The position numbers and the translations under genes were made by a program. DNA of 64,000 nucleotides from Daphnia carinata (taxonomy: Eukaryota), in assembly GCF_022539665.2 (NCBI RefSeq), contig NC_081333.1, positions 4,278,001 through 4,342,000 of the forward strand, in the 5' to 3' direction. The notes under the pieces were generated by a model. That model had not been told where the DNA came from, did not search any database, and saw only the letters and a program-made list of their open reading frames with translations. Below, one piece after another: positions 50,970 through 63,754 of the stretch (position 1 is the first letter of the stretch; every line of letters starts with the position of its first letter).

Positions 50970-53400
50970 TCTTGCACTTCCGGCCAATTGCTCTTCAGTG
51001 TAACTTGATACGTGTTGCTGCCCAGAAGTTCAACAACTTATGGTGGAAGGTCCTTGACTTCAATTTGGACGGGTCATTCTGACAGACAACGGAGTCGTTT
51101 ATTGCAACGAATTAGTGGCCCAGGTGGCCGATCCCTGGATAAGGGGAGAATTTCTTCTCGGCGTCCAGCTTCCTATAAACTGCCTGCGTAATGTGACATC
51201 GAGATTTGATTACGGTGTTGCCTCAAATGAAAACATTGCCCATCACTCTTGATGCTACTGTTCAGCAATATGAGACTACAGTTAAAAACCAGCTGGAATA
51301 ACAAAGCCGGACGAGCAGTTCTTCACGTTTAAACGGCGTTGTCGAAACGCAATGTAAAGTCCGTCGCTTTTGTCCAGGCTTTAGCCACCATGACGACCAT
51401 ATCCAGCATCCTGTCCGGATCCATCCGGGTTCCTTATGCATTGAGCGAAAACGTTGAAATGATGGCTTCTTACAACGCTGCCCGCGATGCGGCCGACGCT
51501 AAAATCCAAATCTGCTGCCTGAGATCCTCCTCGACGGGCAGCAGTATAACTGGCCAGCAGCCATGGTCACCATTTCCACGACGTTCGACCAGCTTCAAAG
51601 AGCCCAGCTCAACTGGAACGTCATGAAGAAAAAACAGCGTCGCTCCATTTGAACGGTCTGGAAGCCATGCTGAAATGACAGATTCAAAGTCCTCAAGATG
51701 TCGGCCTCAAAGCGACCCTGTCCGACCCAAACGCGGGGCATCCCGCTGCCGAAATCGAATGGGACATCATGTCTGACAAATTCGTTAGCCGGGCAGAGTA
51801 CCAAACGGGCAACCCAAGCGATTTGGAGCCAATGCGCTGGTCGATTTCTCCATGGAGAAAGGCGACCATCAGCTGACCGTCTTCACTGGAAACGTTGACA
51901 TCGAGTATGTCCACATTGCCGGACGTTGGATTTCATCCGAAACAATCAGATCGGAATCGGATCTTCATTGGGCCTGCCTCAAGGGATTCGAGGCTATCTT
52001 TGACGGGCAATTTTCTGCTTTGCTTTCCGTTGCCCATCTGACTGTGTACCCACCACAGATGGACGCAGTGCAACCGAAAATCAAATACGATTTCATTCCA
52101 GTCAGCGACGGGCAAGTGCAACATGGAGTAACGTGTCAAAGAGTTCTCCGTCTTGTTGGATAATATCGATTTGCCCGTTTCAGCATTGCGGATGACGATG
52201 GTTCTGGTGTCGCTCTTGGCCTCTTTGATGGCTATGGAAGTCCTATAATGAATTTGATGTGGATTTCAATAAAATGTCAGTACATGACCGTATTAACTGG
52301 CAACATATTTAGAATTGGAGTTGTAGGATAGTATGCATCAAGATGACGCCAGTCGACCAGAACTGGACATCGTGCAGACAAAAATAATTCGATGGTCAGG
52401 GAAAACAGTTTGATTGCCGACAGATTCACGATCCGTCAACTTCTGTCTTCTGAGCAGCAGACCACATCTTTTCTCCGAAATTGGTATCACATTGCTCGAA
52501 TCCGTCTCGAATGTAAAGGCAGCCGGCGAATTCAGGCAAAACGAGGGCCACCGGGTTGGCCACTTGGCCTGCAGTAATTCGTTCGAACACAGGTAATACA
52601 TTCCAATGTAACCAAAACGTAACCCGTGGGTTGAAAACACCCTTTTCCCAACACGCGTATAACAGCTCACACCAGCCCTGAGGGATGGGAGGTGTTGGAT
52701 ACGGTTGGTCAGTCCAGCAATGATGACATCTAGCCCACTGCTGTTCAAGCCTAGCAATGGAATCCGTAATCCCCACGTGGCCGGAAGGCGCATCTACGGC
52801 GGTCCTTGTCGTTCATGTCCTCTTTTGATGGCTTTGGGAGTCCTCTACTCAAATTGATGCAAAGTTCAATAAAATGTTGATACATGACCGTCTCAACTGG
52901 CAACCATCTTTTGGTCCGTGTAGAGGAAATAAAGAAAAACTTCAAAAAAGGAAAGCAGCCTCGTCAGTGTCTACAATTGGAATGGTAGGATATTCTGCAT
53001 CGAGTGGACGCCAGTCCACCAAAGCTGGACATTGTGTTGACAAATAGTGCAATGGCCAGGGAAAACCGTTTGATTTGCCGACAAACTCCCAATCCGCCAA
53101 TTTTTTTGTTTCTGAGCAGCCAAACCACCTCTTTTCTCCGAAATTGTGGTCCATTGCTCGAAACTGTTATCTAAAAGAGGCTGGCGATCCTTCATGTAGC
53201 CGTAAAAAGAATTAGTCGGGTAAATTGGGTAAATCAAAACGAATGCCCTCTTTTTTTTTTTTTTTTGACAAGACCGCCATTTTCTATGGATGGATAAAAT
53301 GCTTGACTCAGATAACAACGTTTGAGCATCATTAAACTTTTGACTTAGTTTTAACGATTGTGATGCGACAATGAAACGTTCAACGTCAGTCACCCCAATA
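50970..53400 (-). pseudogene. Degenerate coding region of unknown product with an internal domain duplication
   Basis: GC-elevated sequence with interrupted protein-like frames on the minus strand. 52205-52500 is a diverged direct copy of about 52805-53162. Confidence 0.45.
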
Positions 53401-54530
53401 CTCAGTGTCTAGATAATTGACATACAGCAAAACGATGGCCTTAATTTTAGATTCTACAGATAATATACTTATACCAAACCGAAATGAGGCAGCCTCTTAA
53501 ATGTGCGCAAAAAAAGGTTAATGCCGAAGGATGGCGAAGCACCTTGCTTGTCTTGATAAACAACGTCTGTTTGACTACCCACTGATAATTGTAAGTATAC
53601 TAGCTCATCTTCGTCTAAACGTTTTTTAGAAAGCTTTCGGCCCACTTTTTCTTTTAAGTCGATGCAATAGAAAATGTGTTTAAACTTGAAAACGAATCGA
53701 TGGCGGGGCTACTGTCCGACGACATCCCTGCACTAGAGCTAAAAAAGGTCTGAGTTGGAAAAGAGGGGCGTGTACCCTCGTTGGAAATTTTTGTTACCCC
53801 TGCTTAAAAGTAGCTAATACACCAAGGTCAACACCACAGTTAATGTCGAACAAATTACAGACAATTGTTAGCGCGCCGTTTAATTTTTAAACTTATTTCA
53901 AAGAGAAAATAAATGGTTTTGACACACCCGGTTAATTTTTATTTTTTTTCAAAAACCGCTTAGCTGGCGAGAATGCTGATATTTTATTCGGAATCAGTGT
54001 TGAATTGCAATTGTATAGGATTAGGTTTCATCGATTTCGAAATCAAAATTGCTAGTCTAATTTTTTTGTTTAAAAAGTCGGGCTGAAAAGTCAGGCTTAC
54101 TTCGCTTACGCGGTCGTCGTTTTCTTGGTCGTGAGATGGCGCTTATATCAGTAGCCCCTATATTCTGACATAAGCGGACAAGGAATCTTTCCTCCCACCT
54201 TTTGCTTAGTCATGAAGTGATGAAGATTAAATAGATTTTTCGATTCTCTCTGATAATCAAGGCTTCATATTAAAAATGGTGAAATGGGTTCCATTATCCG
54301 CAGTCGGTGGCTTGAAGCGATTATTGATCGGTGCAACTTTATTGCGGAGCAAGTGCAGTAGACGACAGTCCTCTGTATACTATAGCCGGGATTCCCGGGA
54401 TATTTGGCAAGTTACGATCAATACGACTAGAAGACACCCGGTATCATTGGCGAGTTCGTTCTGGAAGCCGGCAGTCACACCCTTTTACGTTCCCCATCGG
54501 CTGTCTTCCTTCACTTTTTGCAAGTCTAAG

Positions 54531-55747
54531 ATGGTAAATTCAGTAGAAGCTGCATCAGTAGCAGAATCTAATGGTTATGATAATGGGCATAGTGCTGGAC
54601 AAGAAGATCTTGTTGACACTCCTCCCTTATTCAAAGAAATCCAGATTCCTTTGTCTTGGGGTCATTTAGCAGGTATGTAGGAAGTTGGTTTTTCTTGTTG
54701 GCAACAAATAAGACACAAATAGTCTAAATGCCTTTTTTCGTTTTCCAGCAAAAGTCTGGGGAACACCCAATGACCATCCAATTTTGGCATTACATGGCTG
54801 GCAGGATAATGCAGGCACTTTTGACAAGCTTATTCCATTGCTTCCACCTGATTTGTATGTGGTCTGCCTGGATTTCTGTGGTAAGTTAGAAAAGTTTACT
54901 GAAATACCTTTAGATAATGGTAAAGCTAAGTTTGCATTTTCTAGGTCATGGACTATCAAGTCACTATCCTAAAGGTATGATCTACCATTACTGGGATCAC
55001 ATTGCTCATATTCGCTTGGTAGCCGAATATTTTGGCTGGTCTCGCTTCTCCATAATGGGTCACTCTCTCGGTGGTATTGTTGGCTCCATGTTCACTGCCA
55101 TCAGCCCACACATGATCGAGAAACTCGTCATGATCGACATTGTCAAGCCCATCTCCACTCCGGCGAAATTCCAGCCAGATAAGTCTGCCAAAGCCATCGA
55201 AAGCTACATTCAGGTGCTGAAAAAACTAGAACAGAGCCCTCCCTCTTACTCCTACGAGGCGGCTCGTGAGAGACTGGTGCAGGCCAACAACGGATCGATT
55301 GATTCGAAAGCAGCGGAAGTCCTGATGCGCCGCGGCACTAAGCAGCATGAGGATGGTGGCTATTACTTCTCACGCGATCTCCGCCACGTAAGAATATATA
55401 TCAATTTTCTTTTTAATCTTTCGGCGTCTTAGTAATAGACGATTTCATGTCTCTAGGTAATCCCCTCTGTGGCCTCTTACACTGCCGAACAGCATGCCGA
55501 ATACGCTAAGCGCGTCCACTGCCCTTTGCTGCTCATCACAGCTAAAAATGGTTTCGTCTACGAAGATAAATCCGTCATCGAAGATTTTGTCAAGATTTAC
55601 CGAGATGTCAGCAAGGGAGGATTCCAACACGCACAGGTCGAAGGCACTCACCACGTCCATCTTGTAAATCCGGAGAATATTGCTTCCATTGTTGGCAAAT
55701 TTTTGTCCCATGATGCTCAGCAGTCAACCCTAGATAATTTACAATAG
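54531..55747 (+). CDS. Serine hydrolase-like protein (SERHL / Drosophila kraken-like alpha/beta hydrolase); an in-frame upstream ATG at 54276 is possible
   Basis: EIQIPLSWGHLAAKVWG, LALHGWQDNAGTFDKLIPLL, GHGLSSH, nucleophile elbow GHSLGG and catalytic His in EGTHHVHL. Four exons. Confidence 0.9.
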
Positions 55748-56059
55748 CAATCGGTAGATGATACTGATTGAATTTTACGTTAGGAAACAATTTATGAATT
55801 GAATGATTTACTGATTCCCTAAGCGCCAAGTCTGTCTAGTACATTCTTCCTTGAAAGAACCTGCATTGTTATGCAATGATCTTCTAAAGATCGCATTTAA
55901 ACGCAGATATTGTAACTAACATTATTACTCTGTAGCATTTAACCTTCGTTGACATTCTGTTAAATTTCGAAACATTATTCACGTGGTGTTGAAAAATCTT
56001 CAAATTGTACTATCCACTCTATAGACTCAATAAACAAGTACGAGTCGCATCAGAACTCG

Positions 56060-57893
56060 TTAACTTTCTTCCATTTTCTTCGAGAATTTGACATGTCGAC
56101 ATTCTGGATATTTGTCAGCTAAAAAACTGCGTACTTCGCCATGTTCTACAAGAAGATTTACCTTAACTTGATCTCGGTTGCGAAAACGTTCCGTTTTTGA
56201 AAGATGATTTTGCCATGACGGATCCGATTCGTTGAAATGAAAACCCTTCTTCCTCTTGGAAACAACTTTTCCGGCGTTTAGGTGCTACAGAGAAGATAAA
56301 AACTATACCATTTTAATAATATTTAAAAAAAAGATTTAAAAAAGATACGAACCAGATTTAAATCCATGTCATCAATCGCTTTTGTGGTTTTGACTTCAGA
56401 TGGCTTTGCCATTATTTGAGGAAAATAATCACGTTCTTTACGAAACTCGACAACGTGCAATTTCGTTTCTTCGGCGATCTTCTCGAATGTTTTCTGAAAA
56501 ATTTTCACAAAGAATAAAAATAATAATAATGATAATATCAACTCAGTGTATAAAAACGATCCTTCGCATTCGTGCTCTTTACCTGTTGAAGCAAGCCTAC
56601 CATAAAGGCTTTCGCTACGTGCTGTACATTTTTGGTCGAACCTTCGACTTTGGCGTAAATATCCTTGATACCAACCGCTTTGCAAATCTCTCTGATGGCT
56701 CGATGGCATATGAGTCCATAACCTTCAGGCTTCTTTTGCACGAAGACCCTCGTTTTGCCGAAGGCAGCAAAAAAATCGTGCAATACTGAATGAATAATAG
56801 CGTGTTGTTACATTTTCTTATGAATTTAGAGGCGAAAAAAAAAAAATGCCAACCTGTGTGTTCATTATATCGTTCCACGTACATAAGTTTCTGGGCGGCA
56901 CGATTTTTAGCCTTCCTGAGTGCTGTCATACCCAATTGAGCTTTCCCTGTAGCGAACCCGGCAAGTCCGTTACTGTTACCAGTAACAACGAAAGCGCTTG
57001 TCCGACGAGTACGACCCAAATTTCCTTTCATGTTACACACTGTTTTGAACTGTGACGAAACAGACAAATGAATACTCGAATATGGAATCTAAAAAAAAAA
57101 ATTAACAGTACTTCGAGGACGATGGTGTCAAATCCTTCGAAGTTATCTAAGGGATAATACCATTCAGTCAGCTGCAGCCTTAAATGATGGAAAAAATCTG
57201 AAAGTACCTTCTCCAACAGGATCAGGAGGACCTACACTTCTACCAGGTAGCTTTGGGCCGGACCAACCCCTTTCCAGAGGACTTAATCTCAACAATCTAA
57301 ATGCTCCCATTTCATCCCGTAGCTTCAACAATTTGGCCTCCCTGTCAGGATCGTCTGGTAGTTTTTTCTGTTGGATAAGCTCTCTCCCCTGAATGATGGG
57401 GCTGTTCAGTCCAGGCCACAGCATATTTGTTTTACCTTTTAAAGATTTAATATTAGTCATGTATTTTATATAGTATAATACTATCAAAGGGTCATTACCA
57501 ACACCAACAACTTGTCCTTTGTTTAAATTTTTTGCCATCTTTTTGCCAACGGCTCTGCCTCTTCCACGTTTTTTACCAGCATTACTAACACTGGTAACTC
57601 CTTTCCATAACTTGTCAGCTGGCACTGAAAATAAACAAAACGATTTTAAAATACGAAAGAAAGTACAGTTGGCGATTTAACTAACGTTTGTTGAAAAAAC
57701 TCGTATTTCGTACGGTCGAAACAACCGGGGTGAACCGCTTAGAGGAAATTATTGGTGGAGATGTTTGAACTGTAGAGAATAATGTTATGGGTTGTACTGT
57801 AACTCCAATTGGTCTTATAGACATTCTCAAAGAACACACGTAATTGGGGGATAACTGAAGGAAACATTTTGCGACATTCCAAAGCCCTGCCAT
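56060..57893 (-). CDS. MRPS5: Mitochondrial ribosomal protein S5 (uS5m)
   Basis: Presequence, then LWKGVTSVSNAGKKRGRG, LSPLERGWSG, VVTGNSNGLAGFATGKA, KPEGYGLICHRAIREICKAVGIKDIYAKVEGS. The last exon ends ...KMEES*. Confidence 0.95.
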
Positions 57894-60362
57894 GTTTTAA
57901 CACTTTTGATTTTACTAAGGATCGTCGTCTGCTTGAACAGAAAGCGACTGCATCTTTTATCTTTTCACAGATGGCGTTTTAATAAAAAATTCTTTCAGCT
58001 GATTCTGCGAGTCTTTTTAATCCAAAATCTATGGCAATCCGTTTTACCCAAAATAAAAATAAAAAATATAGGCCTTTTTTTCTGTTTTACTGCTATCGCC
58101 ATCTAACGGTCACGTTTCTAGTTAATTCTCCCGACACACTGACCGAAAAAAATTCTAAGCCCGACTAAATAAGCCAGACTTTCTGTTTTTTACGGTTAAT
58201 TAAAAAACTAGAAGCCTGATATAAAAATATACCCCATTTTCGTGATCAGCGATCAATTTCGAATCGGAATAATGTATTTTTAATGAAATCTAGGATTTGA
58301 AGAAAATTGGAAAAGTGAGAAGACTTCTTACTTTTTCAATTTTGGCAAAATTTTAGATGTCGCTTTAAATACATGGTTTCGATGTAGAATTGAACTGGCA
58401 ACACGAATATGAGGGTTGTTTTCTCGTGGAACTCATAGTTTTTGAATAAAACGTAAAAAACGGTAAAGGTTGGGTTAAAAAATAAGCCCGGGCTTATATT
58501 GTCGGGCTTAAAATTTTTTCCTATTAAAAAACAATAGCATTAAAAATAGATAACTATAGATGATTCTGATTCAAAATTAACCAAGGAACACGAAAATGGA
58601 ATTTGTTTTTACGTAGAGAATATAGTTTTGGAGTAATCTAAAATATAAAATTAGTGTGTGCGAATCGAAACGATTACTAGCGCGCCAGTCCGCTACAGCG
58701 CTAGTGCGATGCTTTTTTTGTCGGGCTTATTTTAAAACCTGGCCAAACAGCATTTCCACTAGATGGCGTTGCAGATTCACCAGCCTCTAGCGTGTGAAAT
58801 GGAACTATTGTTATTTTTTGTTGTCATGTGATTCTCATTGTTTACTTTGTTTTTACGTTGACAACTTGTATTTGAGTTTCCCTCGTCTGAACGGTATCGT
58901 TATTTCTGTTTTTTTTTGTTGTTTTTACCCACCCCTGTTATCGATGTGCAGATTGCACTGCTTCATTACCTAAACGAAATGTCAGCCGTTGCACTTGGGC
59001 TTAGAATGAGGTAATATTAACATACTTTTGGAAAACCAGGTCTCATGTTGTATCATTCTGGGTAAAGCTAGTGTTACTAGCAGAACTGTGCATGATATTT
59101 GGTGAAAATTGATGGTTTTTGTGTTTACAACCAAAAGCCAATTTTCAGGCTTATTAAGAATGATAATTTACTACTTCTACATTTGCAACATGTTAATCTT
59201 ATTCTTTTTTATTAGTAAACATATCCAGTAGTGGAGTTGCAAGGAACAAATGTGTTCTGTTGTGTACTTTGCACATATTGTGGCTTGTTGCAGGATTTTA
59301 TTACTTTGTGAATCAATTGTAACTTATTTATGAGACATTCTTGAAGATGTGCTATTTGCTAATATTCTGCAAGAACAGATCACCCATTTACTTCTGTCTG
59401 GTAATAACCATATCTGTTCAACTATCCCCTTAATTCTGATGGCTACAACATTAAGGGGATGGTTTTAAAACATTTGCTTCAATTATTATGTGTGTGGTAG
59501 TGATTTGAAGTGGTATACAGGTCGTACCTGAAAACTGAACTTTAAGAACTTTGAAAGGCCATGTTATGTTCGTTTACTATAGTTTTCGTTTGAAACTACG
59601 CAGATCTTTTGTAACTTGTGAACGAGAATATAGTTCATTTTTTAAATTTTCGAAATTTTAACTTTCAGTACATCTTCCGGTTTGAAAATGCCTAATAACT
59701 CACTATCTGTTGGTCTGAATGAAAAAAGAACCACATTTTTGTAATCCTCGTGAAATTTGGGTTCGAATCCATGTGTCAGTAGGAAATACCCGAAAATCGT
59801 CAAAAATCGCAAATTTCCCTGAACTATAGTTCAGGAAAAATCGCGATTTTGGCCAAATTGGACTTTTCGCCAAAAACAGGTCAAAATAGGTCAGACACAC
59901 CTTAAATTTCACGAGGATCACGAAAATCACATTCGTTTTGTTGTGGGCCCAGTATTTCTGGAGATATAGTCTACTTCCGGTTACTTCCGGTAACTTTTTT
60001 TTCAACTTCGCAAAAACTAAAAAATGAACATTAATATGCCAAACATTTTAAGCATTTTGATCACATATGAAATGGTGTAGTGGCTTCTTTCGTGCTTTTT
60101 TTGTTATTTTACTGTTGGTTGATTGATATACTGATGACACTACTTCGTTAACAGAGACTACTAGCATTATGTATCACGCTAATGGGAAGGTATACCTGGT
60201 AAATATAGATCATAGCATGAAGATATACCACATACTATTATTATAACCTTATCATGCACGACCATCTGATGTACAGTTAGGTTTAAAAATAAGCCCGACT
60301 TTTTCTTATTTTACGTTACGCTGTAGCGTATTAGCACGCTTCGGGAAATTACGTAATACCAA

Positions 60363-60686
60363 TAGCTCTGAGGTAGAGTGTGTGACTACGGGAATCGAAA
60401 GTCAAGAGTTCGAGTCACGTCTGGATCCTATGTGCCAGAGAATTGAGTTATGGTTCCCACTGTAGACAATATATCTTTGTACAAAAAATGAATTACTCTA
60501 TTGTATTTATAGGTGACATTCCGAGACGGAAATATTAAATTGCGTTGGGGCGCACAACAATATTATTACAAGTGCAAATAGACTTCCTTCAAAAGACATG
60601 GAAAAATAGTTAACTAAATTATGAGACTCATGGATCTATGGTTGAGCATCGGCGTCGCACGCCAGAAATCAAGGGTTCAACCCCCT
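60363..60686 (+). other. Two degenerate tRNA-like cassettes (60363-60418 and 60631-60686)
   Basis: TAGCTCTGAGGTAGAG...AGTTCGAGTC and TGGATCTATGGTTGAGCATCGGCGTCGCACGCCAGA...GGTTCAACCCC, similar to the cassettes at 46471-46524 and 46636-46690. Confidence 0.6.
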
Positions 60687-61062
60687 GAAGAGTCAAAATG
60701 AAATGAAATTATTATATATAACTCAATATGTCAAATTAGATATACAATTGCGCATTCGCTTCAATTCGCATGGTTACAATTCAATATCATTAATGCACTA
60801 AAAGTTGTAGAATCTCCATGAAGTGAGATTAAAGTGCATCGTTCCATAAACAATGAAGTCGTCTAACAACGGAACATTCTCCCATAATTGGGCACAGCAA
60901 AAATTGAAAATATAACGCATATGTCCATAAAATGACATTGCGACATAAATAAGGAAATGTTCACATTAGTAAACAGAGCAACAGCACGAAAGTAAAAAAG
61001 ACAAGATCTGAAATTTTTTTTTAAAGAATTTGTATTGACAATATTCGGCACAATTTAAAGAC

Positions 61063-61479
61063 TTGCAACTTTGAAAGGGCAAAATAGCCGATTTCCAAGT
61101 TGCTGTTACTACTAATTACTTTGAAAGGGCAAAATAGCCGATTTCAAAGTTGCTGTCAACCGAGGTAGGGGGAGACACTACCTCAGTTGACTCACCGGGG
61201 AGATTACCCGGTGCGTGGCTAAGAGAAGCCGGAAGAAGAGCGAAGGTTGCGGACAAGCTTTTACGTGAGCGATTAACTGTTAATTCGGATTTTTGGGTAG
61301 CCGCACAGCCCTCCAATGATATCATCGGACCATGAGGACCCCCACGTCCCCTTTCCAGACAGCGCACTCACAACCGTTACTGCTGATCACAGTAGGGGCA
61401 TGACCCCCTACGGGCTTATTAAAAATCAAAGGGAAACGGGGCCACAGAAAAGAAGGGAGCCCAGGTATGCACTTCAATT
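61063..61479 (-). other. Conserved GC-rich multi-hairpin module, copy 3 (diverged)
   Basis: Colinear homolog of 46974-47356 with substitutions that preserve most stems. The terminal palindrome is duplicated (61063-61103 and 61118-61153). Confidence 0.7.
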
Positions 61480-63477
61480 TATATAAATTTTAATACTTTG
61501 TTTTCGGGCCGCAGCAACGACTGAAGGTAATGAGCAGGAAGCATTTTTCAAAAATTCCTTCGGGCTTCCAACCGTTATCGTTATGAAATTTGGTTCGACT
61601 AGATACCTCTTTTGATTCAGTATGATTCTTAACCTATTTAAAGAAAACGAAACATGAATCAATTTTTAAATGTTTGCCTATCAATATATATTCAATAAGG
61701 ATCGGTGCAATCCTTCTTTACCTGTTGTTTTGGTGAACTACTGGTATTAATTGTATTCGGCTAATGGTTTGACAGACAGTGCTTGCTTGGATGGTAAGTT
61801 GACAGGCAGTGAAGAAACTAAACATTAAGTGATTACCATTTTCTAATACCTATGCAAATAACACATGGCATTTTAATTAGTTGTAATCATAGGTTTCCAC
61901 GCACAAAAAAAAAAAAGACAGACCTATTGGCTGAGACGCTTCAAAACGTTCCAACTTCTTTCAAGACCCCTGCACACATCACAGCATTTATGAGGAACAG
62001 GAGAGGTTAAAAGTTTTCTTTCTTTAAAAATCTATTTATTTCATAACATACCGTGATAAGCTCTTCTTTTGTAATGGGCAGCCCTCTCCAAGTACTTGCA
62101 TAAGTAATGCTTCAATACTTGGAACAGCTGAAACAAGCGGTTGTGATAAAAGAAAGTATCAGCACCACTTGCAAGAATGTCGACATGAAGACTTGTTATG
62201 GACATTATCTACAATTGGTACAAATGACAGATGGGGTGAAACCGCAGTATGATGAAATAGCCTGACGGCGTTTGGCAACCGCAAAGTACGCTACAGCGCT
62301 AGCACGATGCAGCAGAAAAATTCGGTGAGTGTATGTAGAGAATTACCTAGAAATCTGACCGGGAGGTGGCGAGAGCAGTGAAACAGAAAAAAAGGCCGAT
62401 ATTTTATTTTTTGGGTAAAACGGATTGCCATAAAAATCTAGTTTCGCGAATTTTGATAGCGCAAATTTTGACGAGAGCTTTAGACCTGTAGCGCTGCCGC
62501 AATTAGTATTCGCAAAAACGATTGTACGATCCTTCACGTTTTTTTAATTTCATGGGATTCTAAGTAGAAAGGCCTTCCATACCATTACTGTACTAGCGTA
62601 TCACAGCAAGGTTGCACAACACGGAAACGTGATAATGAAGCAAGAAGCTTTCGATAATGGGGAGAGTTGCTAACAACTTGCGAAATAAGTCGAAGTCGTT
62701 TTCCTTTCTAACGGGTTGGATGCTGCATCTTACTACCTGGGCTACCGGAAGGGAAATTTAATTCAGTTTGAACGAAGCTTGGCAGTTTTTAATGCAGCAT
62801 CAACATGGCAATAAGTTTACAGTAATTAATTATTATTTATCAGTTTGCGATGTTCTTTCATCCTCCTTGATCCGATTACAACTCATTTTCAACGCGCTAG
62901 AAAAATGTCTGGTTCAAAAATTAGTACGCCGTTCACACACGAAGTTCACATTGGCTCCTTATTGTCTCTTTAGAACATAGGCGCATGAAAGCATTTAGTA
63001 TTGCTTTAAAATTTTTAAAATTTAATTACGTGTGATAATGCACGTTGTCGCCGTATAGGACAAAGGGTCTAGTATTTGCTCCCCTAACCACGAATCGGAT
63101 GCCATCCTAACACAGACAGTTAAAGTTTTGCTAACCTGTGGAAAATACTTTAAGAATTGTTATTTCAATGGTTTTATATTACAAAGCCTGGACTGGAAAC
63201 ATTGTGGTTGATTTATTCTAAAGTAATAGTTTTCCTAAAGTAGTATGACTACAAGGCAAAACCAAGATGATAATGTTGGTTATGTCATATTCTCATTTTG
63301 GATGGTCCGTGCAGTTGTGAATATTAACTCTTTGCCTCGATGTATTGGTATGACTGTACACCAGGATTCCTGGAAAATAAACACCTGTTTTCGGTGAAAA
63401 TACAGAGACTTTATAAGACACAGTTGAACTTTTTTTAAATCTGTAACAAAAGTTTTACCTAGCATTGGCAAATTACA

Positions 63478-63754
63478 CTAAATGTTGAACCCAAGTTTCC
63501 TCATACACGTTAAATGGTCTTGAATGAGGGATGCACAGTTTTCCTCTCCGTTTTCGATGATACTATGAACACAAACCGTTAATAAACGGAATTCTTTCTA
63601 GCAAAATCGAATACCGGCATGATACATACCACTGGTCTCTCGCTCTTTTGGTCTCAGGACATGCACAACATGGCTTAAGTTTTTTCACACCCTCATCAGC
63701 AGGAGTTTTTTCTTTATCTTCACCTTTAGGCACAGATACTGGTTGTTCTGACAT
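63478..63754 (-). CDS. COX17: Cytochrome c oxidase copper chaperone COX17, 2 exons (63754-63630, 63562-63478)
   Basis: [46 protein letters not shown], showing the CCxC and twin Cx9C motifs. Confidence 0.96.

Larger units (their letters stand above)
49929..53867. mobile_element. Unclassified element with interleaved inverted repeats enclosing a decayed ORF region
   Basis: A 98-bp perfect inverted repeat (49989-50086 vs 53750-53847), a 37-bp IR (49929-49965 vs 50400-50436) and an imperfect IR (50439-50475 vs 53831-53867). Confidence 0.75.
58030..62432. mobile_element. Non-autonomous TIR DNA transposon (~4.4 kb) of the same terminal family as the 43.8-49.0 kb foldback
   Basis: ~100-bp imperfect TIRs TATGGCAATCCGTTTTACCCAAAA...CTAGTTAATTCTC and GAGAATTACCTAG...TTTTGGGTAAAACGGATTGCCATA. 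Flanks share AAAATC (possible 6-bp TSD; a 2-bp AT or TA TSD is also compatible). Internal repeated AATAAGCCCGAC and CGCTACAGCG motifs. Confidence 0.85.

Noticed and set aside
43796..62432. Fanzor/TnpB or intact transposase gene in the TE islands
   Set aside because: No long ORF and no recognisable RuvC, DDE or tyrosine-recombinase motif was visible by eye.
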